DNA of 61,990 bases, filler included. It is 6 parts of 6 records of this genome, joined end to end, with 100 filler letters (N's around TTAATTAATTAA, not from the genome) between each part and the next. Parts side by side here need not be neighbours in the genome. Positions count along the whole stretch, not along the records: positions 1 to 25,536 come from DRR723986_2940; positions 25,637 to 33,298 come from DRR723986_2950; 4 more parts are not named here. One strand, 5' to 3'. A model generated the notes under the pieces. It did not search any database. It was not told where the DNA came from and saw only the letters and a list, made by a program, of their open reading frames with translations. Position numbers and translations under genes: made by a program. Of this stretch, positions 20,827 to 30,985 are shown one piece after another. The stretch's first letter is position 1. Each line of letters begins with the position of its first letter.

Positions 20827-21426
20827 ATGAGTGAACAGCTGCGAGAGTCTCTGTCGGCATTGATGGACGATGAGGCGAATGAGCTCGAGATCGAGCGCAT
20901 CCTCGCCCGTATTGGCTCTGACGCCGAGATGCGATCCACCTGGATCCGCTATCACCGGGTCCGGGATTCACTGACGGGGCGCGAGCGTAATATCGAGGCG
21001 CTGGATATTTCCGCCGGCGTCATGGCAGCGATCCGGGATAAGCCTGAACGGGAACGGCGCGCTCCGCTGGACCGCCTGTTGCGCCCGGTGGCGAGTTTCG
21101 CGGTCGCCGCCTCGGTCGCTGCGACGGTGGTCTTCGGCGGCCAGCAGCTGGCCCAGCTGGGTGATGTCGACAATTACGAGAGCCGCACTGCCTACGCCAG
21201 TGGCGTATCGCCAGTGGGTTTGATCAACGCGGTGGGCGCGACGCCGATGCGGGCAAGTTTCGGTACTCGTCCATTGCCGGTGCTGCAACCGGCAACCAAC
21301 CAGGCCTATGGCGAGTTGGCCCGGCAGCGGCTCAAGCTGTATAGCCAGCAGCACGCCGAACATGCTGCCCTGAATACCCCTCAGGGCTTGATTCCCTTCG
21401 CGAGAGTGCCGAGGATCAGCGAATAA
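20827..21426 (+). CDS. rseA: Anti-sigma factor RseA/MucA
   Basis: ESLSALMDDE, W.RYH, single TM 'FAVAASVAATVV'; synteny. Confidence 0.9.
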   Translation: MSEQLRESLSALMDDEANELEIERILARIGSDAEMRSTWIRYHRVRDSLTGRERNIEALDISAGVMAAIRDKPERERRAPLDRLLRPVASFAVAASVAATVVFGGQQLAQLGDVDNYESRTAYASGVSPVGLINAVGATPMRASFGTRPLPVLQPATNQAYGELARQRLKLYSQQHAEHAALNTPQGLIPFARVPRISE

Positions 21427-22400
21427 TGCAGCCACTATCGACCGGGCGTCGGCCGCGGTTGACGGCGCCGCTGGCAGTGCTGTTTGGCGCATTGCTGGCA
21501 AGTGCCCCGGCGGTTCTGGTGATGGCCCGTGAGTGCCCTGAAACCGATCCCGCAGCCTTGCAATGGCTGGATAAAATGTCTCGCAGTAACCAGCAGGTCG
21601 CGTACCAGGGTGTGGTTACTTTCCAGCGAGGCGATGACCTCCAGGTCATGCAGATTGAGCGCAGCGTGTCTGGTCCCGCTGGTACCGAACAGCTTACCCG
21701 GTTGACCGGGCAGGGTGCGCAGGTACTGCGCGCCGACCACCCGCTGGACTGCGTGCACCCCGGGCACAAGCTGCTGCAACTGGGAGACCAACTTGCCGCC
21801 GGCCACTGCGGTATTGCCGAACAGTATCGGCTGAGCGTGACCGAGGGCGAGCGGGTCGCCGGCCGCGAGGCGGTGCGGGTGTCGGTGCAGCCCCGTGATA
21901 TGTATCGCTACGGCTATATCCTGGAGCTCGACCGGCAAACCGGCCTGTTATTGAAAACGACGACTATCGGTCGCGGTGACAAGGTCCTGGAACGCTTCCA
22001 GTTCGCTGACCTGAGCTTCGGCGAGCCGCGCACGCGTGACCCCGGGGTCGAGGTAGTCCACCTGGCCGAACATCCGAACCCTCACGAGGTGGCCAGTGAC
22101 CCGGGCCTCGGATTGCCCTGGGGCCTGGGCTGGTTGCCGCGCGGGTTTACCCTGACCGATACCTCAACGGCGGATGCGTCGCGCCGGACCTACACTGACG
22201 GCCTGGCGGTATTCTCGATCTTCCTGGAGCGGCTTTCCGCTGGCATGCCATCCGGCGAGGGGGTTGCCCGCCAGGGCAGCACAACCTCCTATACCCGTGG
22301 GATGGAGCTTGGTGGAGAGCCAGTGCTGGTAACCGTGATTGGTGAAGTACCGGTCAATACCGCTAGAATGGTGGCTGATTCGCTGAGCCGATTGCGTTGA
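21426..22400 (+). CDS. rseB: Periplasmic negative regulator RseB/MucB
   Basis: Signal peptide; RVAGR, D.YRYGY, TGLLLK, WLPRGF, YTDGLAVFSIF, TVIGEVP; synteny. Confidence 0.9.
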   Translation: MQPLSTGRRPRLTAPLAVLFGALLASAPAVLVMARECPETDPAALQWLDKMSRSNQQVAYQGVVTFQRGDDLQVMQIERSVSGPAGTEQLTRLTGQGAQVLRADHPLDCVHPGHKLLQLGDQLAAGHCGIAEQYRLSVTEGERVAGREAVRVSVQPRDMYRYGYILELDRQTGLLLKTTTIGRGDKVLERFQFADLSFGEPRTRDPGVEVVHLAEHPNPHEVASDPGLGLPWGLGWLPRGFTLTDTSTADASRRTYTDGLAVFSIFLERLSAGMPSGEGVARQGSTTSYTRGMELGGEPVLVTVIGEVPVNTARMVADSLSRLR

Positions 22401-22401
22401 T

Positions 22402-22881
22402 ATGCTGACCGAAACCGGACGGGTAGTAGCCGTGGAAGCCGATGGTATCTGGGTGGAGACAATCCGCCAGAGTACCTGTGGCGCCTGCGCCGCGCGCAAG
22501 GGCTGCGGGCACGGACTGCTCAACCGCTATAGTGACGGCCGGCGCGGCTACGTGCGGGTGTTGCCCGGCGAGACCCTGCAGGCGGGCGATTGCCGGGTGG
22601 ACGACCAGGTCATGATCAGTATCCCGGAAGACGTCATTTTGCAGGGTTCGATGATTGTCTACATGCTGCCCTTGCTGACGATGCTGGGCGGCGCTGCGCT
22701 TGGCTCCCTGCTGTTGGCTGGCGCCGGGGATCTGGCGACGGTCCTCGGTGGGGCGCTGGGCCTGGCCTCGGGCCTTGGCCTGGTGCGCTGGCATGCCTGG
22801 CAGCACCGCGACGATCGCCGCTTACAGCCGACGATGGTCGAAATTGTTCACACGCCCACGCAGGCGCTGCAACTTTCCTGA
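22402..22881 (+). CDS. rseC: RseC/MucC family protein
   Basis: ETGRVV, CGACAARKGCG, two TM helices. Confidence 0.9.
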   Translation: MLTETGRVVAVEADGIWVETIRQSTCGACAARKGCGHGLLNRYSDGRRGYVRVLPGETLQAGDCRVDDQVMISIPEDVILQGSMIVYMLPLLTMLGGAALGSLLLAGAGDLATVLGGALGLASGLGLVRWHAWQHRDDRRLQPTMVEIVHTPTQALQLS

Positions 22882-22926
22882 GCGGCCCACGGCCGTCTAT
22901 TGCACCTTTGGAGTTGACTAAGAATC

Positions 22927-24333
22927 ATGCTGATGCTGACTGATCGCTTTTCCTCATTTCTGTTCGCCCTTGTTTTCCTGGCCATCGCGGGCCAGGCGAC
23001 CGCATCCGGATTGCCGGAATTCCGTGACATCGTGAAGTCCGGTACGCCTGCCGTGGTCAAGATCCTGGTGGAACACAGTGGTGCCCAGGGTGGCCAGTCG
23101 CCGTTTGAGTCGGAGGAGATACCCGAATACCTGCGCCGTTTCTTCGAGTACCGTGGCGCGCCTCCCGGTCCGCGCCAGCGCATTTCCATGGGCTCCGGAT
23201 TTATCATCTCTGACGACGGCTACGTAGTGACGAATAACCACGTGGTGGAGGGTGCAGACAGCGTACTGGTGCGTTTGCTCGATCGGCGCGAATTCGAGGC
23301 GGAGGTGATTGGTACCGATCCCCGTTCCGACCTTGCCCTGCTGCGTATCGACGCGGAGGACCTGCCGGTACTGAGCCTCGATCAGGAAGATGATCTGGAG
23401 GTGGGCGAGTGGGTGCTTGCGATCGGTTCACCGTTCGGGCTCGATTACTCCGTGACTGCCGGAATCGTCAGCGCCATGGGGCGCAGCCTGCCCACCGAGC
23501 GCAATGAGAACTACGTGCCGTTCATCCAGACGGATGTGGCGATCAACCCGGGTAACTCCGGCGGCCCATTGTTCAATCTCGATGGCGAGGTGGTGGGCGT
23601 CAACTCCCAGATTTTTACCCGCAGCGGGGGATCCATCGGTCTGTCTTTTGCGATCCCGGTGAGCGTGGTGCGTAATGTCGTGGACCAGCTCAAGGCTGAT
23701 GGCCGGGTCACCCGCGGCTGGCTGGGAGTGACTATTCAGGATGTGGACAAGAACCTGGCCGAATCCTTCGGGCTCGAGCGCCCCATGGGAGCGCTGGTTT
23801 CACAGCTGGCCGAGGGCGGTCCTGCCGAGGAGGCAGGGCTGCAGCCGGGTGACGTGATCATTCGCTTCGACGGCAAGGAGATTCCCACATCCTCGGACCT
23901 GCCGCACGTGGTTGGCCTGATCAAGCCGGGCTCGACCGTGCCGGTGGATATCGTGCGCGACCAGAAGCGCAAGACCCTTAAGGTCAAGGTGGGCGGTCTG
24001 GGCGCCGAGGACAGCTTTTCTCTCAGCAGTGGCGGTATGGAGGGCGCCAGCGGCGGGCGCCTGGGGCTGATCGTGGAAACCGCGGGTGATGAGACACTGG
24101 AGCGCTTCGGTATTGGCGGCGGCGTCCTGGTGCGAGAAGTCATGCCCGAGTCGGTGGCCGCTGAAGGCGGGATCATGGCGGGTGACGTGATAACCCTGGT
24201 GGGATCGACGCCGGTTAAAACCGAGGAAGCGTTTACCCGTGCAGTGGAAGGGCTCAAGGCAGGCACTTCAGTGCCTGTGCGCCTGATTCGGCGCGGCGCC
24301 CCGATGTTCATCGGCCTAAAACTGCGTGATTGA
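22927..24333 (+). CDS. mucD: DegP/MucD serine endoprotease with two PDZ domains
   Basis: TNNHV, SDLALL, INPGNSGGPL, RGWLGV. Confidence 0.93.
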   Translation: MLMLTDRFSSFLFALVFLAIAGQATASGLPEFRDIVKSGTPAVVKILVEHSGAQGGQSPFESEEIPEYLRRFFEYRGAPPGPRQRISMGSGFIISDDGYVVTNNHVVEGADSVLVRLLDRREFEAEVIGTDPRSDLALLRIDAEDLPVLSLDQEDDLEVGEWVLAIGSPFGLDYSVTAGIVSAMGRSLPTERNENYVPFIQTDVAINPGNSGGPLFNLDGEVVGVNSQIFTRSGGSIGLSFAIPVSVVRNVVDQLKADGRVTRGWLGVTIQDVDKNLAESFGLERPMGALVSQLAEGGPAEEAGLQPGDVIIRFDGKEIPTSSDLPHVVGLIKPGSTVPVDIVRDQKRKTLKVKVGGLGAEDSFSLSSGGMEGASGGRLGLIVETAGDETLERFGIGGGVLVREVMPESVAAEGGIMAGDVITLVGSTPVKTEEAFTRAVEGLKAGTSVPVRLIRRGAPMFIGLKLRD

Positions 24334-24468
24334 GTGAGCTGGCCGCCCGGCCAGCGCCCTCTCGCGCGCATGGCAGGCGGCAGGGCATTAGGGTACAATC
24401 GCGCGTCTTTTTTCCGGCGGCCCTGGGCCGCCGGCATCATGTCCCTACTGTCTATCGAGCCTGAGTGA

Positions 24469-25536
<1,068 letters not shown>

Positions 25537-25636
25537 NNNNNNNNNNNNNNNNNNNNNNNNNNNNNNNNNNNNNNNNNNNNTTAATTAATTAANNNNNNNN
25601 NNNNNNNNNNNNNNNNNNNNNNNNNNNNNNNNNNNN
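25537..25636. other. Artificial contig linker
   Basis: 44 N + TTAATTAATTAA (stops in all six frames) + 44 N. Confidence 0.99.
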
Positions 25637-25940
25637 GGCATGGGCGGACCCATTGATTTCTCAAAGGAATCCGCCGATTTTCGCGCATTTTAGCCGCATT
25701 TTCACCGAATTGACGCAGAAAACCTCAGTTGACGAGTGGCTCATCCTTAGCTAACTCGCGACACTTCCCCAACAATTTGCCACTGGTTTTTTACTCAAAG
25801 TATTGCCGATTTCTCAAGTCTTGGACAGTGCTTTTTCAGTTAACTGCCGCTGAGTTCGCAACATAATTACAAGGTACGCTCACGGGAGTGACGCTGTTTT
25901 GTTTACTGGACTTGTGGCATATTCTTCACGGATTCTCGGT

Positions 25941-26054
25941 GAATTCTCAGTGGACCCGCAGCGCTTCCCCTTCGGGTTCAGCGCTGAATATCTCATTGGA
26001 TCTGCTACGCGCGCGCGACGGGTTGACACAGAACTCTCAGTGGACCCGTAGCGC
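25941..26054. repeat. Degenerate direct repeat, 45-bp period, three clear copies
   Basis: GAATTCTCAGTGGACCCGCAGCGC (25941), GAATATCTCATTGGATCTGCTACGC (25986), GAACTCTCAGTGGACCCGTAGCGC (26031); copies 1 and 3 are 22/24 identical. Confidence 0.75.
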
Positions 26055-26235
26055 ATGTTTTGAGCATTGCTGCCGCTTGTTGTCTGAACGCAAAATCCAC
26101 ATTGGCCACATTGGCCAGATTGATCGGCTGCAGACTCCTGACTCCACAACTAACAAAAATAAACAGCCAGCCATTGACCGTAGGAAAGGGCGCAGCGCTC
26201 AAGCTTTTGTGTTGATATTGTTAACTGTGATTGCC

Positions 26236-29064
26236 TTAATACTCCGGCAGCAGGAACTCCAGCTCGCGCAGGGCCTCGTCGGCATAGGAAAGTTTGTAGG
26301 GCATTTCGGGCAGAAGTTTAACAAGTTCCAGGTGGCGCGGAGAAAGCTGCGGCCCCTGCAGTTGCGGGTCGAGGACAATCATGATGCCACGATCGCTTTC
26401 GCTGCGAATTAAACGGCCAAACATCTGGCGGAAGGATTGGAACATCTGCGGTTTGTCAACCTCATTCCAGGCACGTGACTTCATGCGACGTTCGTCGGGC
26501 TCCTCACCACGCTCAAAAGCTATGTCGCGATACTTGCGGATTAAATTCGTCTGCAGACCGCGTGTATATGGCGTCGGAACCGCGTAAGGCATTTTGTCGA
26601 TCATCACACACTGCAGCTTGCTGCCGGGGATGTCAACACCTTTCCACATGCCACGCGCGCCCATCAGGATTGAACGCGGCGTATTCATAAACTGCTCAAT
26701 GCAGCGCTGGATCGACATGTTTGTAATGCCATGGGAAATCAGCGTAATCCCGTGCGGCATCAGCAGCGGCATTAACATTTCGTGCGTACGCCGTAGACGA
26801 TCCTTTGATGTAAACAGCACAAGTGTGCCACCGTCGAGCATCATTCCAGCCTGCGCAATAAACTCGGCGGCTTTCTGCGGAAAGCGCGGCGTATTATTCG
26901 ATGGAAAACCCTTGAGGAAAACCAGTCGTGCGTTGTTGCGGAAGTCAAAAGGCGAGTCAAAACGGTCGTGGTCCACGGGTTTATCGACCAGGTTAAGACC
27001 ACAACGCTCGTCAACATCACGCATGTCTTTGCGCGTTGAGAGGGTTGCGCTGGTCATGACCAAACCATGTGTATTGTTAACAACACGCTCGGCAAAAATC
27101 TCGCCGATGTTAAACGGTGCCACCACAACACTCCAGTCCTGATCATCGACGCGCACAAAGGCGGCGTGGACACTTTCGTCCACTTCCAGGAACATCGTTA
27201 AAGTTTCGGTGACTTCGGACAGCTCTTCATGCCGGTAAATGACTTCGGCATGTGAGGCGGTAGCTGCAGGCGAGTCGTCAACCTCGGCAAGCAGTTCGAT
27301 GAGCGCCTTCATGAATTTGTTGGCTTCGCGCATACAGTCGCGTAGCTGTTCCACGCCGACGGAGACATTACCGCGCTGGGCATCATTTAGCCAGGCGTCA
27401 CCGAGAGAAAACTGCAGCGTGTAAATGTCTTCGCGTTTAAGTGAGCGCAATAGTTCTTCCAGCTCGGCGGCAGTTTTTAACATGCGCGTACGGATCAACG
27501 GCAGCTGCGTGTTAAGTTCAGTCAGCAACTCAAACTGCGCGTCGGTATTCGCCTGTTCCTGCAGCTTGTCGAGCATGATCGGCAGGAGTCCGCGGCCCTC
27601 AAAGAGGCGCGTTATCTGTTCGCGCAGCAGGCTGTGTGCCGTTACGCGGCTGTAGGCTTCGATCGCTTCGCGGTACAGTTCGTCGGCCTCATCGGCAATC
27701 AGGCGTGTGAAGTTCGGATAAGCGGCGGGCCAGATCATGAGCAGCGAATGGTTCACCATCAGCAGGTGCGCACTTTCGGCTTCCCAGCGTTTTTTAAAAT
27801 AGAAACACTGTTCGTAGAACTCACACTGCTGGCGCGTGCAGTCGCGCGAAAGCGCGCGGCCGCCATACAGAACATCAGAAACAACGCTGTTGTTGTAGAG
27901 CGAACGCGGCAATTCATCCATTTCGCCTTCGCGGCTGACGGCCACCCAGTGTTCCAGGAAGGCGGCGGCAAAACGTGCCTCGGGGGTGTCGGCCAATTGC
28001 GCGGCAGCAACCGTCTCGCGTACTTTGCGCAGGCAGACGTAGTTATTCATGCCTTTGATGAGCACGGCGCGCAGGTCTTCGAGCCCAAAGAGTTGGCGCA
28101 GACGCGGCAATTCGCGATCAAAGAATTGATTCTGCAGGGTCTTGGTGTGTGTAGTTATGACAACCGGAGACTCGGCGTCCTGATCCAGCGCCGCCAGCGC
28201 TGCTGTTGTATACGCCAGGGTTTTGCCGATTCCCGTTCCGGCTTCAGCGGCGTACACACCACCGTCGCGCAGCGTTTTGGCGGCCTGGCGCGCCATGTCC
28301 ACCTGCGCGGGTCGCACTTCGTAATTTTCGTACACCGGCGCAAAAAATTCGGAGCTGTTTAACTGCTCGGGGGCGTCGGCCAGTTTCTGTTTAAGCGGCT
28401 GGCGCTCGCGGTCGCCATAACTATGCCGGAAGTTTTTGAGTTTGGGCAGGTTGGCCTTGGGGTGGCGCTCGCTGAACAGCGGCATCCAGGTCCAGGCCGG
28501 CTCATGTGCCAGGTGTTTACGCACGATGGCGCTCAGCTTGCCAAACTGCGCGTCTTCCAGTTCAGCGGCAGCACTATTTACAACTGCCAGCATGTCCAAC
28601 GCATCGTGGAGGCCGCGGTGACGGACTTCCCCGGCGTGCCCAAAGTGCCGCGTAAAATATTCCAGGCTATGACTGCCGGCACGCGGATACATCAGCACGA
28701 GCAATTCGTACGAATCGAGCATCGGCCGTGTGAATTCGCTGCCAAATACCTGACGCAGATAACTTAACTCAAAGGCTGCATTGTGAGCCATGAAGGGCAA
28801 GTCCCCCATGAATGCAGCAAATTCGTCGCGCAGTGCCTGCATCGACGGTTTAGCGGCTACATCGGCATCGCTGATGCCTGTTAACTGCGTTATTTCCGGC
28901 GGGATTGGACGACCCGGATTAACCAGGTGCGCGAAGCGCCCGATTTCACGTCCGTCGCGTATATGCACCGCACCTATTTCAATAATGACATGCTCGTCTG
29001 CCGAAATTCCAGTGGTTTCGAAGTCAAGCGCAATAAATTCACCCAGAGCCGCAAGTTGTTCCAT
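26236..29064 (-). CDS. dinG: DnaQ-like DEDDh exonuclease fused to an Fe-S DinG-family helicase
   Basis: LDFETTG, HNAAFE, HRGLHDA; EAGTGIGKT; Cys cluster YVC...DCTRQQCEFYEQC; IADEAD; TSATL; QMFGRLIR. Confidence 0.9.
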   Translation of the reverse strand: MEQLAALGEFIALDFETTGISADEHVIIEIGAVHIRDGREIGRFAHLVNPGRPIPPEITQLTGISDADVAAKPSMQALRDEFAAFMGDLPFMAHNAAFELSYLRQVFGSEFTRPMLDSYELLVLMYPRAGSHSLEYFTRHFGHAGEVRHRGLHDALDMLAVVNSAAAELEDAQFGKLSAIVRKHLAHEPAWTWMPLFSERHPKANLPKLKNFRHSYGDRERQPLKQKLADAPEQLNSSEFFAPVYENYEVRPAQVDMARQAAKTLRDGGVYAAEAGTGIGKTLAYTTAALAALDQDAESPVVITTHTKTLQNQFFDRELPRLRQLFGLEDLRAVLIKGMNNYVCLRKVRETVAAAQLADTPEARFAAAFLEHWVAVSREGEMDELPRSLYNNSVVSDVLYGGRALSRDCTRQQCEFYEQCFYFKKRWEAESAHLLMVNHSLLMIWPAAYPNFTRLIADEADELYREAIEAYSRVTAHSLLREQITRLFEGRGLLPIMLDKLQEQANTDAQFELLTELNTQLPLIRTRMLKTAAELEELLRSLKREDIYTLQFSLGDAWLNDAQRGNVSVGVEQLRDCMREANKFMKALIELLAEVDDSPAATASHAEVIYRHEELSEVTETLTMFLEVDESVHAAFVRVDDQDWSVVVAPFNIGEIFAERVVNNTHGLVMTSATLSTRKDMRDVDERCGLNLVDKPVDHDRFDSPFDFRNNARLVFLKGFPSNNTPRFPQKAAEFIAQAGMMLDGGTLVLFTSKDRLRRTHEMLMPLLMPHGITLISHGITNMSIQRCIEQFMNTPRSILMGARGMWKGVDIPGSKLQCVMIDKMPYAVPTPYTRGLQTNLIRKYRDIAFERGEEPDERRMKSRAWNEVDKPQMFQSFRQMFGRLIRSESDRGIMIVLDPQLQGPQLSPRHLELVKLLPEMPYKLSYADEALRELEFLLPEY

Positions 29065-29105
29065 GTTTCGAACTTAGCTAAAAATTGTGACAGGCTTGGA
29101 GAATC

Positions 29106-29129
29106 AATATTTAGACATGTCTAAATATT
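29106..29129. promoter_or_regulatory. DtxR/MntR/TroR-type operator
   Basis: Perfect 24-bp palindrome AATATTTAGACATGTCTAAATATT (core TTAG-N6-CTAA) upstream of the metal ABC operon; extra half-site TTTAGAC at about 29132. Confidence 0.8.
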
Positions 29130-29202
29130 TTTTTAGACTTGTGATAATTTTGCAGTGCTTCATGCGTTCCTAGCACCCTGACAATAATAAGGGTTGAGAA
29201 TT

Positions 29203-30165
29203 ATGCATTCCAGACAATACACTTTTACGCTGGCCGCCGTGCTGGCATTTCTACTGATTTTACCTGCCTGCGGCGACAAGTCAAAGCCGCAAAATGGCAG
29301 TGACGCTGGTGGAGAAGGCCGCGCTGATGGCCGTGTTCACATCGTAACCACAACAGCCATGATTGCCGACGCCGTGGAAAACCTGCTCGGCGAACAGGCA
29401 GCCGTTGAGTCACTCATGGGCCCCGGCGTTGACCCGCACCTCTACAAAACCACACATGGTGATCTGGAGCGCCTGGAGGCGGCCGATATCGTCATCTACA
29501 ACGGCCTGCACCTGGAAGGCAAGATGGTGGAAGTCCTGGAGCAACTGGCCGCAGACAAGCCCGTGATTGCAATGGCCGAGCTGCTGCGCACGCGCGCCCT
29601 GATGAAAGTTAATGACTTTGAAGGTTCCTATGATCCGCATATCTGGTTCAACGTTCCCCTGTGGACGCGTGCGGTTAAACTTCTGCGTGACTCGCTGGAT
29701 TCACACCCGGGAATTGACGGCGACGCGATGTTGGACCGCTCGCGCGAGTACGAAAGCCAACTCGACTCCACCCATCAGTTTATCATGGAAACCCTGGCGG
29801 ACATCCCAACCGAGTCGCGCATTCTGGTGACGGCGCACGACGCCTTCGGATACTTTGGAGCCGCGTACGACTTTGAGGTGCAGGGGCTGCAGGGACTTTC
29901 GACTCTGTCTGAATTTGGATTGCGCGACCGCGTCGAACTCGTCGACATGATCGTGCGCCGCAACATCAAAGCCATATTCGTTGAGACTTCGGTCTCAACC
30001 CAGGCCATCGACGCAGTCATCGAAAGCGCGGCCGAGCGCGGTCACGAACTCAAGATTGGCGGCAAACTGTTTTCAGACGCCATGGGAGCTCCCGGCACGG
30101 TGGAAGGCACATATATCGGCATGGTGCGCGCAAATGCACGCACAATTGCCGCAGGCCTGAAGTGA
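29203..30165 (+). CDS. troA: Mn/Zn/Fe ABC transporter substrate-binding lipoprotein
   Basis: Lipobox LPAC; GPGVDPHLY, DPHIW, TAHDAF, FSDAMG (His-His-His-Asp ligands). Confidence 0.92.
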   Translation: MHSRQYTFTLAAVLAFLLILPACGDKSKPQNGSDAGGEGRADGRVHIVTTTAMIADAVENLLGEQAAVESLMGPGVDPHLYKTTHGDLERLEAADIVIYNGLHLEGKMVEVLEQLAADKPVIAMAELLRTRALMKVNDFEGSYDPHIWFNVPLWTRAVKLLRDSLDSHPGIDGDAMLDRSREYESQLDSTHQFIMETLADIPTESRILVTAHDAFGYFGAAYDFEVQGLQGLSTLSEFGLRDRVELVDMIVRRNIKAIFVETSVSTQAIDAVIESAAERGHELKIGGKLFSDAMGAPGTVEGTYIGMVRANARTIAAGLK

Positions 30166-30173
30166 GGTAATAC

Positions 30174-30968
30174 ATGAAGGTAACGGTTGAAAACCCGGCG
30201 CTGGAAATTCACGACTTAACAATCAGTTACAACCGCCGGCCGGTTCTGTGGGATGTGGATTTAACAATTCCCGCGGGCTCGATTGTCGGGATCATCGGCC
30301 CCAACGGAGCCGGTAAAACCACACTGATCAAAGCCATAATGGGCCTGCTGCCGCCCGGCAGCGGTTATGTGCGCATTTTTGGTCAGGAGCTGGACGCCGT
30401 GCGCGATCGCGTCAGTTACGTGCCACAGCGCGAGTCCGTCGATTGGGACTTCCCTGCCTCTGCGCGTGATGTTGTGCTGATGGGCCGCTACGGCAAACTG
30501 GGCCTCTTCCGCCGGCCGCGCCGCGCCGACCGCGACAAAGCCGACGAGTGCCTGCGCCGCGTCGGCATGCAAAATTATGCCGACCGCCAGATTTCACAGC
30601 TCTCGGGCGGCCAGCAGCAACGCGTTTTCCTGGCACGCGCCCTGGCGCAGGACGCCGACTTTTACATCATGGACGAACCCTTCACAGGTGTGGATGCAGC
30701 CACCGAGGCTGCCATTGTCGAGATTCTGCGTGAGATGCGCGCACGCGGCCGCACGATTATCGCCGTGCATCACGACCTGCAGTCGGCACTCGAATATTTT
30801 GACTGGATCGTCCTGCTTAACATGCGCCTGATTGCCTCAGGCCCCAGCGACCAGGTCTTTACCTCCGGATTGCTGCAGGATACCTACGGCGGCAAACTGA
30901 CGCTGCTGAGCAAAGTCGGCAACCTGCTGGAGAAAGAAGACTTTCCGACGCGGGAAGACAGGCGATAA
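30174..30968 (+). CDS. troB: Metal ABC transporter ATPase
   Basis: [36 protein letters not shown]. Confidence 0.93.
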   Translation: MKVTVENPALEIHDLTISYNRRPVLWDVDLTIPAGSIVGIIGPNGAGKTTLIKAIMGLLPPGSGYVRIFGQELDAVRDRVSYVPQRESVDWDFPASARDVVLMGRYGKLGLFRRPRRADRDKADECLRRVGMQNYADRQISQLSGGQQQRVFLARALAQDADFYIMDEPFTGVDAATEAAIVEILREMRARGRTIIAVHHDLQSALEYFDWIVLLNMRLIASGPSDQVFTSGLLQDTYGGKLTLLSKVGNLLEKEDFPTREDRR

Positions 30969-30985
30969 GGGAGCGCGCCGCATTT

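Noticed and set aside
26097-26117. CCACATTGG 9-bp tandem duplication
   Set aside because: About two copies only; too short to interpret separately from the surrounding repeat region.
25888-26412. 174-aa plus-strand ORF with repeated NSQWTRSA
   Set aside because: Overlaps dinG antisense by 177 bp and has no recognisable family; the peptide repeat just reflects the DNA repeat, whose middle copy is out of frame.
25941-29064. Type IV-A CRISPR-Cas (repeat array plus CasDinG)
   Set aside because: Only three degenerate units with ~21-bp gaps, no csf/cas genes visible, and the DinG has an exonuclease fusion typical of housekeeping enzymes. Kept only as an unexplained repeat.
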